Source: Octopus vulgaris (lineage: Eukaryota). Taken from it: a DNA stretch of 64,000 nt. Positions 13,590-26,759 of the stretch are shown in pieces. A program made the translations under genes and the position numbers. The stretch's first letter is position 1. Every line of letters begins with the position of its first letter. Under the pieces are notes generated by a model, which had not been told where the DNA came from, searched no databases, and was given only the letters and a program-made list of their open reading frames with translations. The DNA is taken from assembly GCA_951406725.2 (NCBI GenBank), contig OX597818.1, positions 10,416,001 to 10,480,000 on the forward strand. The letters are read 5' to 3'.

Positions 13590-14245
13590 GTACTGGCAGA
13601 GTCGTTAGCATGCTGGTCAAAATACTTAGCGGCATTTCGTCGGTCTTCACGATCTGAGTTCAAATTCCGCCGAGGTCGACTTTGCCTTTCATCCGGTCTA
13701 GGTCGATAAAATAAGTTCCAGTTGAACACTAGGGTCGATGTAATCGATTTAGGCCCTTAGCTGATCTTGCTGGTCTTGTGTGAAAATTTGAAATGAATAT
13801 TATCATATTATGAATATTATCGTTTCTAATATAAGAAGAAGACCTGAAATTTGTGAGGTGGGAGGATATTTGTTGATTCAATTTGCCTTAGCATATGACT
13901 GGTACGTCATTTTATCGATCCGAAAGGATGAGAAGCAAAGCCAGCATCGGTGGAATTTGAACACAGAACATGAAATATCGGAAAAAATGCCGCTAAACAT
14001 TTTTCGGCGAACAGTAATAAACAAATATATTTTTTATTAAAAGAAACTTGTCAAAAATATTGATTTCAAACACAGGCACAAGGTCAGCGAGTTTGGGATA
14101 TGGGATAAATATATTACAACGTCTCCAGTGGTACTTATTTTACCGACCAGAAAGGATAAAAGGAAAAGTCGACCTCACTGGAATTTGAACTCAGATCGTA
14201 AAGCATTTTGCTGAGCTAGCTAATGTTTCTCCAGCTCGCCGCCTT
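13590..14245. mobile_element. Cluster of three SINE family A copies (+ 13590-13795, - 13830-14010, - 14060-14245)
   Basis: Family A head and central motifs in both orientations. Confidence 0.8.
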
Positions 14246-14739
14246 TAACGTGACTAAAATATTAATAGTTTGTAATAATTACTTCCATTAGAAACACTGA
14301 AATGAGAAATGCGTACCCCCATCTCCACCATTGATCTAGAGATGTAATCTTGAAGAGAATAGTTTTGAGCTTTTGAGATAGAGATATAGTCAGAACAGAA
14401 TTGCAAGACGAGTGTTTTTGCTGCAAAAGTTATTTCTAGTATTCCAAGAATAACATTAGTCAATCCTGGGCTGCATCTAAAGTATATTTTGGGTTTTTCA
14501 AGATCTTGTGAATGATCGCAACGAGGTGTTTATTTTGATGGAAAGCTTCAATCTTCTGAGATTCCCTTCTTCCCGCCCATGTTTTTGCCGGCAGTTATCA
14601 AATTACACATGTTAAAGATAAACATCAACAATATTAATTTCACGAGACGCGGGCGGCCTGCGTATTTCATGGGCGTAGCACAGTACCTTCTTCCTGATTA
14701 AACCATTAAAATAAAATAAAAACCAACGAGGAGGGCTAT

Positions 14740-15150
14740 ATGGTATCACTCTACTTGCAAGAAATAGCATTTAAATTTCCTTCGAATCTCACCTTGCTGT
14801 CTTTAAGGAAAATGAACACTGGACAATGTAGCTTCTGATATACTGAAAAGGGTGGATTGATCATGGCTAGAATGCATTTGATCGTAGATCTGCTCGACCA
14901 TGGCTAAACTAGAGCTAAACATTAACAACAACAGCTGCAAAGGAAATTTGTCTAACTTATTTGATGATAACACTTCCTATTCCTCGAACCTGAAGTTAAC
15001 TGCCAAATTTTCCTCTTATCACTCCCTGCTGTCAGGAAAGCGGAAGGACTTTGTGATTAATGATGTAGTCCCGAGTATATGATCCTGCGCAAAAAAGATG
15101 GGATGGCGATGACTGTAATGCCTTTATTAAAGCCAAGCCTGATCAGGTCT
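14740..15150 (+). repeat. Old interspersed repeat family C (two copies); others at 23370-23590, 23600-23785, 53850-54050, 55010-55060, 55110-55285, 55890-56126
   Basis: Recurring motifs AATAGCAGCCAAATCTCCC-like and GTCA(T/C)(G/A)GCTGGAATGC..TTTGATCATAG..GGGCTAAACAACAAC. Probably an ancient SINE 3' part. Confidence 0.65.
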
Positions 15151-15261
15151 TACAAAAATAATACCACGCGGTTTTATTCGAATTTCGCAACATCTTCACA
15201 CTTTATCATCAAAAGTGTTGAATATCTTCGTTATAATGATTTCAATTTTTTTTTTAGACAA

Positions 15262-15622
15262 GACCAGCAATTTTGAGGGACTGATAGCATCAGAACTCAA
15301 CTGGTACTATTTTACCGACCCCGAAAAGATGAAAGGCACAGTCGACCCTGGTGAGATTTGAACTCAGAACATGAAGACATACGAAATACTTATTTCTTTA
15401 CTACCCACAAGGGGCTAAACACAGAGAGGACAAACAAGGACAGACAAACGGATTAAGTCGATTATATCAACACCAGTGCGTATCTGGTACTTATTTAATC
15501 GACCCCGAAAGGATGAAAGGCAAAGTCGACCTCGGCTGAATTTGAACTCAGAACGTAGCGGCAGACGAAATACCGCTTAGCTTTTCGCCCGGCGTGCTAA
15601 CGCTTCTGCCAACTCGCCGCCT
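15262..15622 (-). mobile_element. SINE family A composite: head, long-tail unit, then diverged old-tail body
   Basis: Same junction as 2908-2921, read on plus as GAAATA-CT-TATTTC at 15383-15396. Confidence 0.9.
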
Positions 15623-15660
15623 TAATCTTCGTTATAATGCTAATACAGTGCTAATATAAT

Positions 15661-16140
15661 GGGGTCGATTTGTTCAGCTAAGACCCTCCAGGGTGGTGCT
15701 CCAGTATGGCTGCAGACAAATGATCTGAAACAAGTAAAAGAATAAAAGAAGTCCCAAGTAAATTTACTTAGCAGGCGTGGCTGTGTGGTAAAAAACTTGC
15801 TTCCCAACCACATGGTTCTAGGTTCAGTCCCACTGCATGGTACCTTTGACAAGAGTCGTCTAACTACGGTCCCGAGCCTACCAAAGCCTTCTGAGTGGAT
15901 TTGATAGACGGAAACTGAAAGAAGCCCGTCGTGTTTGTGTGTGTGTGTCCTACTAACACTTGACAACCGGTGATAGTGTGTTTACGTCCCCTTAACTAGT
16001 GGTTCGGCAAAAAAGACCGATTGAATAAGTACCAGACTTAACAATAAAGTACTGGGGTCGGTTCATTCGATTAAAAATACTTCAAGGCAGTGCTCCAGCA
16101 TGGCCGCAGTCTAATGACTGAAACAAATAAAAGGTAAAAG
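15661..16140 (+). mobile_element. SINE family B (tail fragment plus near-complete copy)
   Basis: Homologous to 7530-7975. Confidence 0.85.
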
Positions 16141-16356
16141 ATATTATTTGCTTTAATTTTGTGTTTTTCGCAAATTACACGGTTTATAGTAGAGAATTTC
16201 AATGAGTGAGGTGAGTTCCTGCAGCCCACTGCTACCGCAACTATCGGACCAATTCCGGTTTCTCTTCATGTATGTATACAATACTATGTCTTTTGCGGAG
16301 TGAACAGAAACATTATAGCTTTGGACTACAATCATTTACAACTACTGAAGGCATTC

Positions 16357-16557
16357 AGTTCTATATTTAGGAGATGAGGAACTCTGTACATTATTTACAT
16401 TATTTATATTATTTACATTATTTATATTCGACGGATATTTGTCCTCATCTTGTTTGTTGTTTCTTCCAGAAGAAGGCTGGAGGGTATATCAGCCGAAACG
16501 TTGTGTTAACAACAAACAAGATGAGGACAAATATCATTCGAATGTAAATAACGTAAA
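16357..16557. mobile_element. Penelope-like terminal-repeat fold-back insertion with 14-bp TSD and decayed hammerhead
   Basis: Direct repeat TACTGAAGGCATTC at 16343-16356 and 16558-16571; inverted arms GATATTTGTCCTCATCTTGTTTGTTGTT / AACAACAAACAAGATGAGGACAAATATC; CAGAAGA-A-GGCTG..CAGCC-GAAA-CG-TT at 16467-16502. Confidence 0.7.
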
Positions 16558-16889
16558 TACTGAAGGCATTCTTTAGTGAATTTGATCATTATATTTAATT
16601 TAATATTAATCATATTTCCTAAGGAAATAATTATATAGCTGAAACTCCTCGGGAAAGTCGCGTGTGATACGTTGTTGCCATAATCAGATGAAACAGTAAA
16701 TTGATCTTACCTGTTTTAAGAGTTTTACATCACTTTTCGTTTCGGTGTCCTATGATTCAACCTCCTAATTGTTTTTCTGTTTGTGGTTTGCTTCGTTGCT
16801 TTTTTTTTTCTTTTCCATATTGCATTTTGTGGACAATAGCATCGTTGGTTATCGGTTATCGTTTACCAGCAAGCTAATCACTGATTCAC

Positions 16890-16988
<99 letters not shown>

Positions 16989-17126
16989 CGGAGATGTACT
17001 CGCATAGCAAGTAATTTGATCTGAGATCGTGTGCTGAAACGAAAACAATTGCAGCGTGGAAGGTGTTTATAAGCCATTTAAGAAACACACAAAAGCCGTT
17101 CGATTCACTCCAACATTTAAGTTTAA

Positions 17127-17174
17127 TTTGTCAAAATATTTTCGTCGCAAATCCGCGACCTGTTCACTGACAAA
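17127..17174 (-). ncRNA. Mirror copy of the G3:C8 hammerhead motif
   Basis: Reverse complement reads TTTGTCA-GTGAACA-G-GTCGC-GGATTT-GCGAC-GAAA-ATAT-TT-TGACAAA. Confidence 0.7.
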
Positions 17175-17205
17175 GTCCGTGCTGCATCTCAAGATGCACA
17201 CGGAC

Positions 17206-17255
17206 TTTGTCAGTGAACAGGTCGCGGATTTTAGCGACGAAAATATTTTGACAAA
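17206..17255 (+). ncRNA. Minimal type I hammerhead ribozyme motif, G3:C8 core variant
   Basis: Stem I TTTGTCA/TGACAAA; core GTGAACA (17213-17219) plus an extra G; stem II GTCGC/GCGAC; GAAA (17239-17242); palindromic stem III AATATT; predicted cut after 17248. Confidence 0.7.
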
Positions 17256-17339
17256 TTAAACTTAAATGTTGGAGTGAATCGAACGGCTTTTGTGTGTTTC
17301 TTAAATGGCTTATAAACACCTTCCACGCTGCAATTGGTT

Positions 17340-17378
<39 letters not shown>

Positions 17379-18047
17379 ATTAGTAAATTAAGCACGATTA
17401 ACACATTTAATGTGGAGAACACGATTAATTTAATTAATCGAAACTATGCTTTATCGAAGAGAAGTAAACACTGTTGATCAGTGCATTAAAAAGCTAATTA
17501 GGAATAATTAGGTGCTGAGAAAAACACAACATTAGTCAATTACTAATATTATCTATACTACGCGCTACAGTTTATATGTGAAACGTTTTGTAGAAACGTT
17601 TTCTTGAATATTGAACACTATCGAAGACATAGTTCATTATACACACACAAGCAAGTGATGTATCATACGTAAAACAGTTGACTAATAAACTATGGAACGA
17701 AATCAAAGATATAATCCATTAAACGCAACGTATATAGTATTAAGACAATGACCGATAATCTATGGAAGCAAACCAAAGATATAACCTATTATAAATGCAG
17801 CATTTATATTATTAATATTTAAACAAAATGAAGTATCACATATCTCTATTACTGTTATAGTTTGTTTTCTGCTAGTATACGTCTTTCACTCAAATATATG
17901 CACTTTTTCTGTTATGAAATTAAGTACAGTGTACTAAAATTAGTTAAAGTATTAAGATTAGTTAACGTACTACGGTGACTGAAAATCATATGTAAATGAT
18001 ATCTTTGGTTTCGTTCTATAGTTACGTCTATTTACTTCTTAGCATAA

Positions 18048-18730
18048 TGGAGATACTAATCTTGAAATATGAGGTAAAAGAAAAGACCCATTCTGCAAGC
18101 ATTGCAGAGCAGCTCTATGCACCCTGAACCACATTTTGACTGGATTACCTAGAACACTAGGAAAAGACTGATACTCATGGAGACATGACAAGGTTCTTGC
18201 AATAATTGCCAAGTAGACTGATCTGCAAAGGGTGAAGGCTAATAAACACCAGTCACCATCAAAGGGTATCAAATTCCTAAAGGAAGGTGACAACGTCCCC
18301 AAAGTGAAAGCAATGGAAGAGAAAACGTTTTTTTTTTTAATTTTACGTTCAACCTCATACTGAGCGGTGCAAGTACACCTAAGAGGCAGAGATGCCTTAG
18401 CAGAAGACAAATAGTGGTAACATCACTCCGACCAGACATGTTCCTGCTCTCAAGGAATACAAAAGCAATTATTGTGGTCACAATGTTCTGGGAGGACAGA
18501 CTCGATATTTCCCACCAGGTAAAGAAATCGAAATATCAGGATTTAGTCAACAAGGCCCTTCTCAAGGGCCCGCATGCAGCCTCCTTCCCCATTGAAATCA
18601 GTTATCACGCCTTTCCATCTGGGTCATTGCGGCGCTACTTCCTGCAGATTTGTGAAACCTAGACAACTGAAGAAAGTCATCAAGGATGTAGGTACGGCAG
18701 CTGAAACTAGCTCGAGATATGTTTCTTCAT
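18048..18730 (+). mobile_element. HERO/NeSL-like non-LTR retrotransposon 3' fragment (CCHC plus REL endonuclease)
   Basis: Translation DPFCKHC..TLNHILTG..YSWRHDKVL and ORF 18414-18662 TSLRPDMFLLS..TMFWEDRL..KKSKYQDL..FPIEI. Confidence 0.8.
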
Positions 18731-19030
18731 TAGCAACACAGGACCGAACGCGGAGGGGACAAAATGCAATGTGGAGCTTTTCTTTTGGCGACAAAAAACG
18801 GGGTGGGTGAAACAAAATTTCAATCAAAAGGGATCGTGGGAAAAAAATGCCGATCAATAGGGATCGTGTATCACAGAGATGTCATAAATGTAAAAGGGAA
18901 AAAGGATTAGGTTTATCCGTGGAAAGAAAAGCCTACGGAAAAGACCATGGTAACCTTGGGCAAAAATGTCAAGCAAAAAAAAACACACATTACAGTAAAT
19001 GACTCTCTTTTTTTCCTTTCTTTTTCTGGA

Positions 19031-22000
19031 TCATAGGATTATACTAAAGATGGCTCCGTCATTCACACGTGCCAACCTTGCTACATTCACCCATCTTTTA
19101 TTGAAACATTCACTAGTCAAAACTTCCTTCTCTACTCTAAAATTCCGCTTCATGTGTTACTTGAAGAAGTTGATGAGAGATGACCAGAGAGGAAAGTGTG
19201 TGTCTGTACATATTTCAGACGCGTCCGCCATACACATTCTTTCGCCATAGCCACAAGTACGATAAAAATGGCTCTTCCTTCCCGACTCAAGGAAGGAGGC
19301 GTGACAATATTGACGATAGACTCAGCTGATAAACCGACTCGTCACACACGCGATAGCAGTCGTTCGACATAGACCCACAGGTCGGAAATGGTTGAACACT
19401 GTACGAGTGCGTGCAGAACAGTTTCATCGATCTGACTGCATTCTGGGCAGGTCGGCCCGGTGTTTCTCGAGCCATACCTGTAAAGATTATTCCGAACAGG
19501 TAGCGCTTCTCGATAGCACTACCAGGCCAGGGATCTCTGGAAGTTGTCCATGGGTCCCGGCCCGAAAATCGTCTTGAACAGGCAAGTCAGGTATCCCACG
19601 TCGACGCCCAGGTTCGCCCCGAGATCGTCGTCGTACCTCCCCTCCACTAATCCCGTATAGAATGCTTTGGTTGTGATGCAGTCGCTCAAGGTCAACCCGG
19701 GACGGCATAGTTGCTCGAGAGCAATGCGACACACGCGGTACCATTCGCCCTTCCTTAGTCTCTATTTGATCCACGACTGCAGTTCGGCCATGGAGACGAG
19801 CTGCGAGAAAGCCCGCCTCACAAACGGCGACCGCACTTGTTCACCATCGTCTACGTAGATTCGGAAATGACGCAGTCTTAGCGCGTGTCTGTGCATCATC
19901 AACCACGGCATGCCCAGCCCTCCTTTTAGCGGGTGTTGGCAGCAAACTGATCGCCTGACCATCGGAACGCTTCCTTTTCACAAGAAGCGGAAGAAGATGC
20001 GTTCCAGTTTGGTGATGGTAGGGTCACGGCACGACGGTCAAACGGTAGAAGATGACGGACGCGATGTACGTGTTCGCCAACACCGCTTGACCTTTTAGGG
20101 ACAGCTTCCTCTCAGTCCATTGCCGGGCGAGAGTGACCACCCAAATCGTTATCTTGTCCAAGTTCTTCTCCGTTTGGAGGTCCGGACCAAACCAGACCCC
20201 GAGCAACTCGACCGGCCCGTCGATCCAGTGTCCCACGATGAAGGCATGGGCTTGCTTCTTCAGGTGCCGAGTCGCAAGCCCACTGACTTTTCCCGGTTGA
20301 TTTTCGCTCCTGTTACCACTTCGTACTATTTCAGTGTCTCGCCGACCAGCTCGACGTGGTTGTAGCTAGACACTATGACGGTGACGCCGTCCGCGTATGC
20401 GGAAATGCTCGTCTCACATCCCAATTCACGCGGGATGCCCCTCAGTGTCGCTAGCTTCCGCAGTAGTGGCTCGAGTATCAACACGTACAGAAGCGACGAG
20501 AGGGGGCATCCCTGACGGACCGAACGTGCAATGTCGAATGGACTCGATAGATGCCTATTCACGAGAATTACCGAACAGATGCCTTTGTATAAGGCAGCGA
20601 TCCAGCCGCGGAAAACGGGACCGAACCCAGCCGCTATGAGGACAGCCTCCAAGTATCGATGCTCTACTCTATCGAAAGCTTTGGATTGATCCAAATTGAT
20701 TTGTTCCCCACCCATGCCAGGTTCCTTTACTACCCTGTCTATGATGTAGCGCATGAGGGGGAGGTTGTCATAGATGCTCCGGCCGGCACGGCGAATGTTT
20801 GAGCCTTGTCGACAGTTTCTCGATGACAAACGTCAACCTCTTGGTTAGCACCTTAGCCAAAATTTTCAAATCTGCATTGAGTCGAGTGATGGGCCTAAAG
20901 TTATCTATTATGTCCCCCTTGTTTGGATCTTTCTTTAGCAGCGTTACGGCTCCTCGGCTCACAAAACCGGGGATGCTCGTAGGGCAGACCATCCAAACCC
21001 GGCGATCTGTCCCTCGCACACTCTGCCATCGCGTCTCGCACATCTGCCGCTGTGATGGTATTTTCGCAACACTCTGCCTCTCTTGCCGAGAGTCGTGGCA
21101 GGCTATGCAGATAGACACTGAAGTCCACCCTGCGTTCTCGCTCGCCACTTGTCCCGAAAATTCAGGCAAAGTGCTGCTGAAAGGCCTTACACATCTTACT
21201 AGGCTCGAGTAATTCGCGCCCCTGTTCATCCATCAGAGACCGAATAGTGGCTTGTTGCCCTGTTGCGCCTCCGCCACCCGGGCCTCTCACGCAGCTCTAA
21301 CACCTTCCATCCTTATAGCACACATCCTAGCTCTGACAACGCACCCTTCGTGTTTGGCGTTGAAGTGTTGGTCGAGGGCCAAACTCGCCGCCAATACGTC
21401 GGATGCGACGCCACTTCTAATCGCCTCTTCTAGCTTCTTTACTAGGGTCACCCTCTACTCTGTTTCTATCGATGGCTAGTGGTTTGCTATACCTAATCGC
21501 TTCCGCTTTTATTGCTCTCTTTAGCGCAAATCACCATTTGTTGTTGATGATGGCTCCCGTCAAAGACCTCTTCACTAGCGTGCTAATCCAGTTCTGAAAA
21601 CCTGTCTCGACGGGAAAGATGCGTTCAGTTTCCAGTAGCCGGGACCCTGCCTATGTTCTTTATCTAAGTCTAACCTGTCAGACAGTTGAAAGCGTCTGAG
21701 CAGGTCTTTGAGACATTTGCAACACTTCCTATTACTATTTCTGCCCACGTAGTCTAAATGCGTCTCCAACGTAGCATTCCAATCCTCCATTAAAAGTAAA
21801 GGACGAGACGTTCCTAGGAATACTTCCAGACGTCGAAAGAAAGGCGGTGAGTAGACTGATATGAGTCGAAAAGCACACCCGTTGTTGCCCTCGACATCCA
21901 GGACAACCAGTCTACCCTCCGGGTTTACGAATATTGTATTTGCTTCGAGATCCAGACTCTTACGAAAATGTTACCGCCGTGCCACTACCGCTCATTCTCG

Positions 22001-22187
22001 GCAGACAGGGAGAAAAATAAATGTTAAACTGTCCGCCAAACATGGACTTTAGGGCCCGTGGATTATGGAGTCTGGTCTCACTTATGGCTATGATTTCTAA
22101 CTCGTGTGACTTTACGTCATTTAAAAGGTACTCTTGTTTCTAAGGGGACCCAAAGCCACGCGCACTCACACAACCAATCTTCATCAT
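19031..22187 (-). pseudogene. LINE ORF2 (APE endonuclease plus reverse transcriptase), disrupted
   Basis: Start MMKIGCVSARGF; EDWNA; GPGYWKLNAS; RSPGLDGLPYE; NFRPITRLNADLKILAKVL; NLDQSKAFDRVEH; SVRQGCPLSSLLY; AYADGVT; LLGVWFG. Confidence 0.9.
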
Positions 22188-22522
22188 AATCTTAATGAGT
22201 TAAAACACAAACGAAAGGAACTGAGAGTTACTTACTGTTCGAAAGTTTTTGTTGCCTTCTCCTTCGGTTTGTCCTCGAGGAGATCACAATAGTTTTTTTA
22301 AAGGTATTTCTGTTAAGTTTGTTTTTGAGTTGATGTATTCCATCAACTCGGTGTTTTTAGTGTTTATGGCTGTGTGGATGGTTGCTAAATATGTTTGTGT
22401 GGTGTTGTTGTTGCTGTTGTTTGTGTTAGGGTTCGAAATGTCTTCGGGATTTGTTTATCTCACTGCTTTATTTGCATTTGGGTTTTTTTTCTTTTTGCTC
22501 CTCTTCCTCTTTCCTTTTCTGG

Positions 22523-23185
22523 CTACTTGCCATTCCTCTTACGACGAAATTTCTGAGGTATCGGAAGTGGGTAAGAGAATATTGTAAGCGTCGATGTGCG
22601 TTTGTTAAGTGGCTGTGTTGTTGTTTTCGTTGATGTTGGTTGTTGATTGTTTGTGTGTGGTGTATGAGATATAGTGGAAGGGGAATCCGTTTTTGCATTG
22701 TCTTTTGGCTTTTCTGTTTCTTTAGTTCTTGCTGTTGTTGGTGGTGGTGTTTTTCTAGGTGTTGTTGTATGTTCATTTGTTGGTGTTGGTGGGTTTGGTT
22801 GGTGCGTTTCTTTTGTCGTACTCCCTTTGCTTGTCTTCTGTGTTGCTAGTGGTGTGGGTAGTAAGGGTCCTTTTTCCTTTTCACTTTTTCCTTGTTGTGG
22901 TTGTTGTTGTTCTTTCGCTGTTTGGCACTTAGCTTTTAGGTGCTCTTCGCTGCCACACAAGTAACAGCGAGGCCTCCTACCTTTTACTACAACGTATAGG
23001 TTATGGCCGTCTGGAAGCTCAGTTTGGTGTGGGATGCTTTTGATTGAGTCCTGATCTATTTGCATCAGCGACTGAATAGTTTTTCCCGACCGCAACTGGA
23101 ACCACTCAGGTGAAGCGTATATGCAAAGGGGTAAACGCTTACGACCCAAAGATACCTGCTGACGATACAGAATTGTTTCCAGCAT
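22523..23185 (-). pseudogene. LINE ORF1 remnant with CCHC zinc knuckle
   Basis: VVVKGRRPRCYLCGSEEHLKAKC followed by a low-complexity K/T/P tail, upstream of ORF2. Confidence 0.8.
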
Positions 23186-24725
23186 TGCAATGGATTTAGA
23201 AGAGCTGGAAATACCTCTGAGTAACTCCTGTAGTTTTTGCTGGGGTCAAAGCATCTCTGGTGTTTATTTCAATTTAGATACTATCCAAGAAAAGGATATA
23301 GTTTATGAAGGTATCCTTTCCCAAAGCTGCACCTTCAGTACCAATTATATGAGCTTTAACACGTCAAGAACCAAGCACTTCAGAAAGCATTAAAACGCCA
23401 GCCATATAAAAACCAATACTAAAGTTAGTGCTAACGTATTTAATGCAGGCGATATTAAATACGTTATTGGTGGGGAAAATCAATATCAGTCAATGACTAC
23501 AGAAAAAGGATGATTACAACTGAAGCACTTTTGATCATAGATCCGATGAATCAAACTCCTCTGAAGACTAAACAGCAACAACAACAACAACAGATGTAGT
23601 CAAAGAAGGAGTCTCTTTGTTGTCGTTCGACTTACTAAAAGCAACAATCAAATCTCCCTCTCTGAATACAACCTACAACCTTAAATGTTCTAGTCACGCT
23701 ATGCCTGAAAAAAACATCGTTTGTTGCGACTGGAATGCTTTTGCTCACAGGATCAACGTTGACTGGGGCTACACACAAAATAACATTGAAAACATTTTCA
23801 CCGTAGAATGAAACTGTTGTATATGTGGACATTAATATTCATTGCTTCTCATCTGACTTTTGACATTTCCACTAAAATAATGATTACCCACCAACGGTTG
23901 GTGCCAAATCACTCACATTATAAGACAATAAGTTGATACGCTGTATTTGTCAAAGGATGGATGAACTCTGTTAAATTAACAGTAATCAACAGCTGTAAAA
24001 CCACTGGGAGTGATGGACCCCTTTCTCTCGTCACAGCATCTTTCTAGGAGCGGAACATTCTGATGTAAACTTGTAGTTTCACATGATTACTGGTTATCTC
24101 ACTTCGACAGCCACTAGGTGCAAACCACAGACACTCAGAGAGTGGTATACTGGTATATGTGTTGCACAAGCATTTATCAATACAATCTAGTGACATACAG
24201 ATATTTTCATGGCCACATCATTTGTCATTCCTTCAAGTGAAAACGCTAAGGCAATGGAAGAGTGGTGACACTTGCAGGCCTAATCTGTGAGAAGATTCAA
24301 CTTCAATTCGAAAACGTTAAAAACTTTAATCGGGCAACTGTTTATCCCACAACCTGACCTGACCAATCCAGTGAAAGTTGAACTTTTGTTTCATATCTTC
24401 TATGCCTCAAATTATGCATTTCTGCACCGGAACAGTCATCTGAGAGGTCATGGACAGGAAGTCAGACACGCCATTGACAACGAAGGCAGACAAGGAGACA
24501 CTAACCATCTGTGAAGATAGATTAAACATATGTATATAAACAGGATAAGAGGAGATACATGGGATAGAGACACATTGATGAGCTCACAGAATGTGTGACT
24601 GTCAGCCACTTTTGCAGAACCGCTAGGTTACGGAGAAGTAAACACACCAACACCGGTTTTCAAGCGATGGTGGAGGACAAACGTAGACATAAAGATACCA
24701 CACACACACACACACACATACGTAC

Positions 24726-24848
<123 letters not shown>

Positions 24849-24860
24849 CATATACATATA

Positions 24861-25728
24861 CAAGGTGCGATGAATATATTGTCGTCTAAATTACGCAAAA
24901 ATGAAAATAACACTGACATCTCATTTAGCAGATATATTTACAAGAATTACATAAAGATATTTTGAAATAGCAAAGAATAAATTTATTTAATAAAATTGCC
25001 ATTGGCTTCAGCCACGGCCTCCAGACGGCTTCGGAATCACCCGCGACTCTTCTGGACGGTCTCTTTGTTTAAGTTGGCTAATGCTGCCATAATACTTGCC
25101 TTCAGTTCATTTTTGGCATTACAAGGAGCTTTGTTGTTCTCTCGCTCTACTGCGCCCCACACATAGTAATCAAGGAGATTGCAGTCTGGAGAGTTAGGTG
25201 GTTAGATGTTAGCAGTGATGTAGCTTCAGAAGTTGTCTGACAGCCATGACTGCGTTCTCCTGCTTACGTAGCATGGTGCAGAGTCCTGTTGCCAAACATA
25301 GTCTTCCAGCAGCCACCCTCTTGACCCAGGACTGCACTACCTCCTCAAGACACTTGATGTAGGTATTCGTGTTCAGTCTGAGACAGTGGGAGAGGATGAA
25401 TGGGGGCATAACGTCGTCATCGCTATTGATCACTCCAAACACCATGATGTTTGATTTTTATCACTCTTGGTACATGTTTTGGGGACACGGCAAACTAACG
25501 GTTGATCTGTGTGTTTACTATCTATTTGTATTGGAGCTTCCGGCGCGAATGCCAAGCAGTACAGCATGTCGTTTCTAAATTTCTGGCAGAGTGAATTGCG
25601 TCATGACACTGTTTTATTTCACAGACGGTGCCCAACTAACCCTATTATATTATGTAGTCGACAAAATCAAAAACAAACAATGCGCTAAATTAAAAATATG
25701 AAATTGCTACAATTTACCCATCGCACCC

Positions 25729-25730
<2 letters not shown>
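24861..25730 (-). mobile_element. Tc1/mariner-superfamily DD37D (maT-type) transposon, internally deleted
   Basis: TIRs CA(A/G)GGTGCGATG..ATTGT within TA repeats; minus-strand YVWQQDSAP..PPNSPDCNLLDYYVW with 37 residues between the catalytic Asp residues (counted, including two stops). Confidence 0.9.
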
Positions 25731-25785
<55 letters not shown>

Positions 25786-25791
<6 letters not shown>

Positions 25792-25910
25792 GAGATAGCT
25801 ATATACGCTGGACATGACCTGCTACGGTTCTCCAAGTCCTTTTTACACGTAGGGGTCTTCGAAAGAATACTCCCAAGGTATGTATATGTACGGCGAACTC
25901 CTTTCAATTC
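25786..25910 (-). mobile_element. RTE-like LINE RT fragment
   Basis: TYTYLGSILSK..KKDLENR motif. Confidence 0.5.
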
Positions 25911-25944
25911 AATCAACAAAATCCTCCCACAAAGCTTTAGTCGG

Positions 25945-26050
25945 CTCGAGGTATTAGTAAAAGACATTTGTTCAGGGTGCCATGCAATGGGACTGAATCC
26001 AGAGCCGTGTGGCTGGGGAGAAAACTTCTTACCACGCAGCCACGCCTACG
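25945..26050 (-). mobile_element. SINE family B 5' part
   Basis: Reverse complement of the family B head. Confidence 0.75.
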
Positions 26051-26759
26051 CTTGTATTGAAATTTAATTCTTTTATTTTTAATATTCGTGCTATTGAAGT
26101 ACCACAAATATACACGTATTTTGGTTTTAGATAAAGGCTTAGAGGCTTGGAAATAGTTTTCTTGTGTGAGTGTAGTGAGTTAAAATCTCTACACAGCAGA
26201 CTCCAGTAGGTTGCAGGGGTAACCAAGACAGAATGTGCGCCGCTTCGAGACTTTATCTGGGTGGCTGTATAGTGCATTGGCCTTCACTTCACTGATGTGA
26301 GGCTCCAATCTACTGGATCGATTGACTTATTTGATCTTAAGCTCATTTCAGGATCATCGCCACCATTCAAATTGAGAGGTTTTGCAGGTCTGATTTGCAA
26401 ATAGGTACTTCTCTCACACCCTCCCACTACCTCTCCCATCGGGTTTCATCACATCTTTTCAGCCATATCCAATAGCTGACTCTCTCAACCTGTTGTCAGG
26501 ATTTCTTTCAAGATGGTTTTTGTTTTATGATCATTGATGCCAACTGAAAGCAGTCACTGTCTCAGTGCAATTTCTTTTTTAATATATCAGTAAGACTTCG
26601 AGTTTAATAGAATATGATTTAAAATTTCACAATAAACGTAAAGAACTATAGGTTATTGAAAGGAAATTTTAAAACTTTAACTCATTTTTAATGATTTTTT
26701 GTTGCTGAATTCCAGAAGGCAAGTTGCTTTATAAGAGGGTCATACCTCATAAATTTTAA

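Larger units (their letters stand above)
17046..17336. mobile_element. About 290-bp near-perfect inverted repeat (PLE-type fold-back)
   Basis: Left arm starts CAATTGCAGCGTGGAAGG, right arm ends CCTTCCACGCTGCAATTG; the centre is near 17189; (TA)n lies on both sides. Confidence 0.85.
18778..23190 (-). mobile_element. Near-full-length decayed Tx1/L1-clade LINE (ORF1, ORF2, 3' UTR)
   Basis: Collinear ORF1 zinc knuckle, APE endonuclease, RT and C-terminal domain on the minus strand, broken by stops and frameshifts. Confidence 0.9.

Noticed and set aside
17687-17816. Diverged tandem duplication of about 70 bp (also short duplications at 12110-12190 and 53212-53263)
   Set aside because: Only two to three copies, consistent with ordinary slippage or local duplication.
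18778-23190. Active autonomous Tx1 partner of the SINE
   Set aside because: ORF2 has many stops and frameshifts, the RT motif reads YADG, and its 3' end does not match the SINE tail.
23830-24520. Complex sequence as possible exon or transposon (also 26180-26560 and 28300-28870)
   Set aside because: I could not assign any motif or reading frame by eye.
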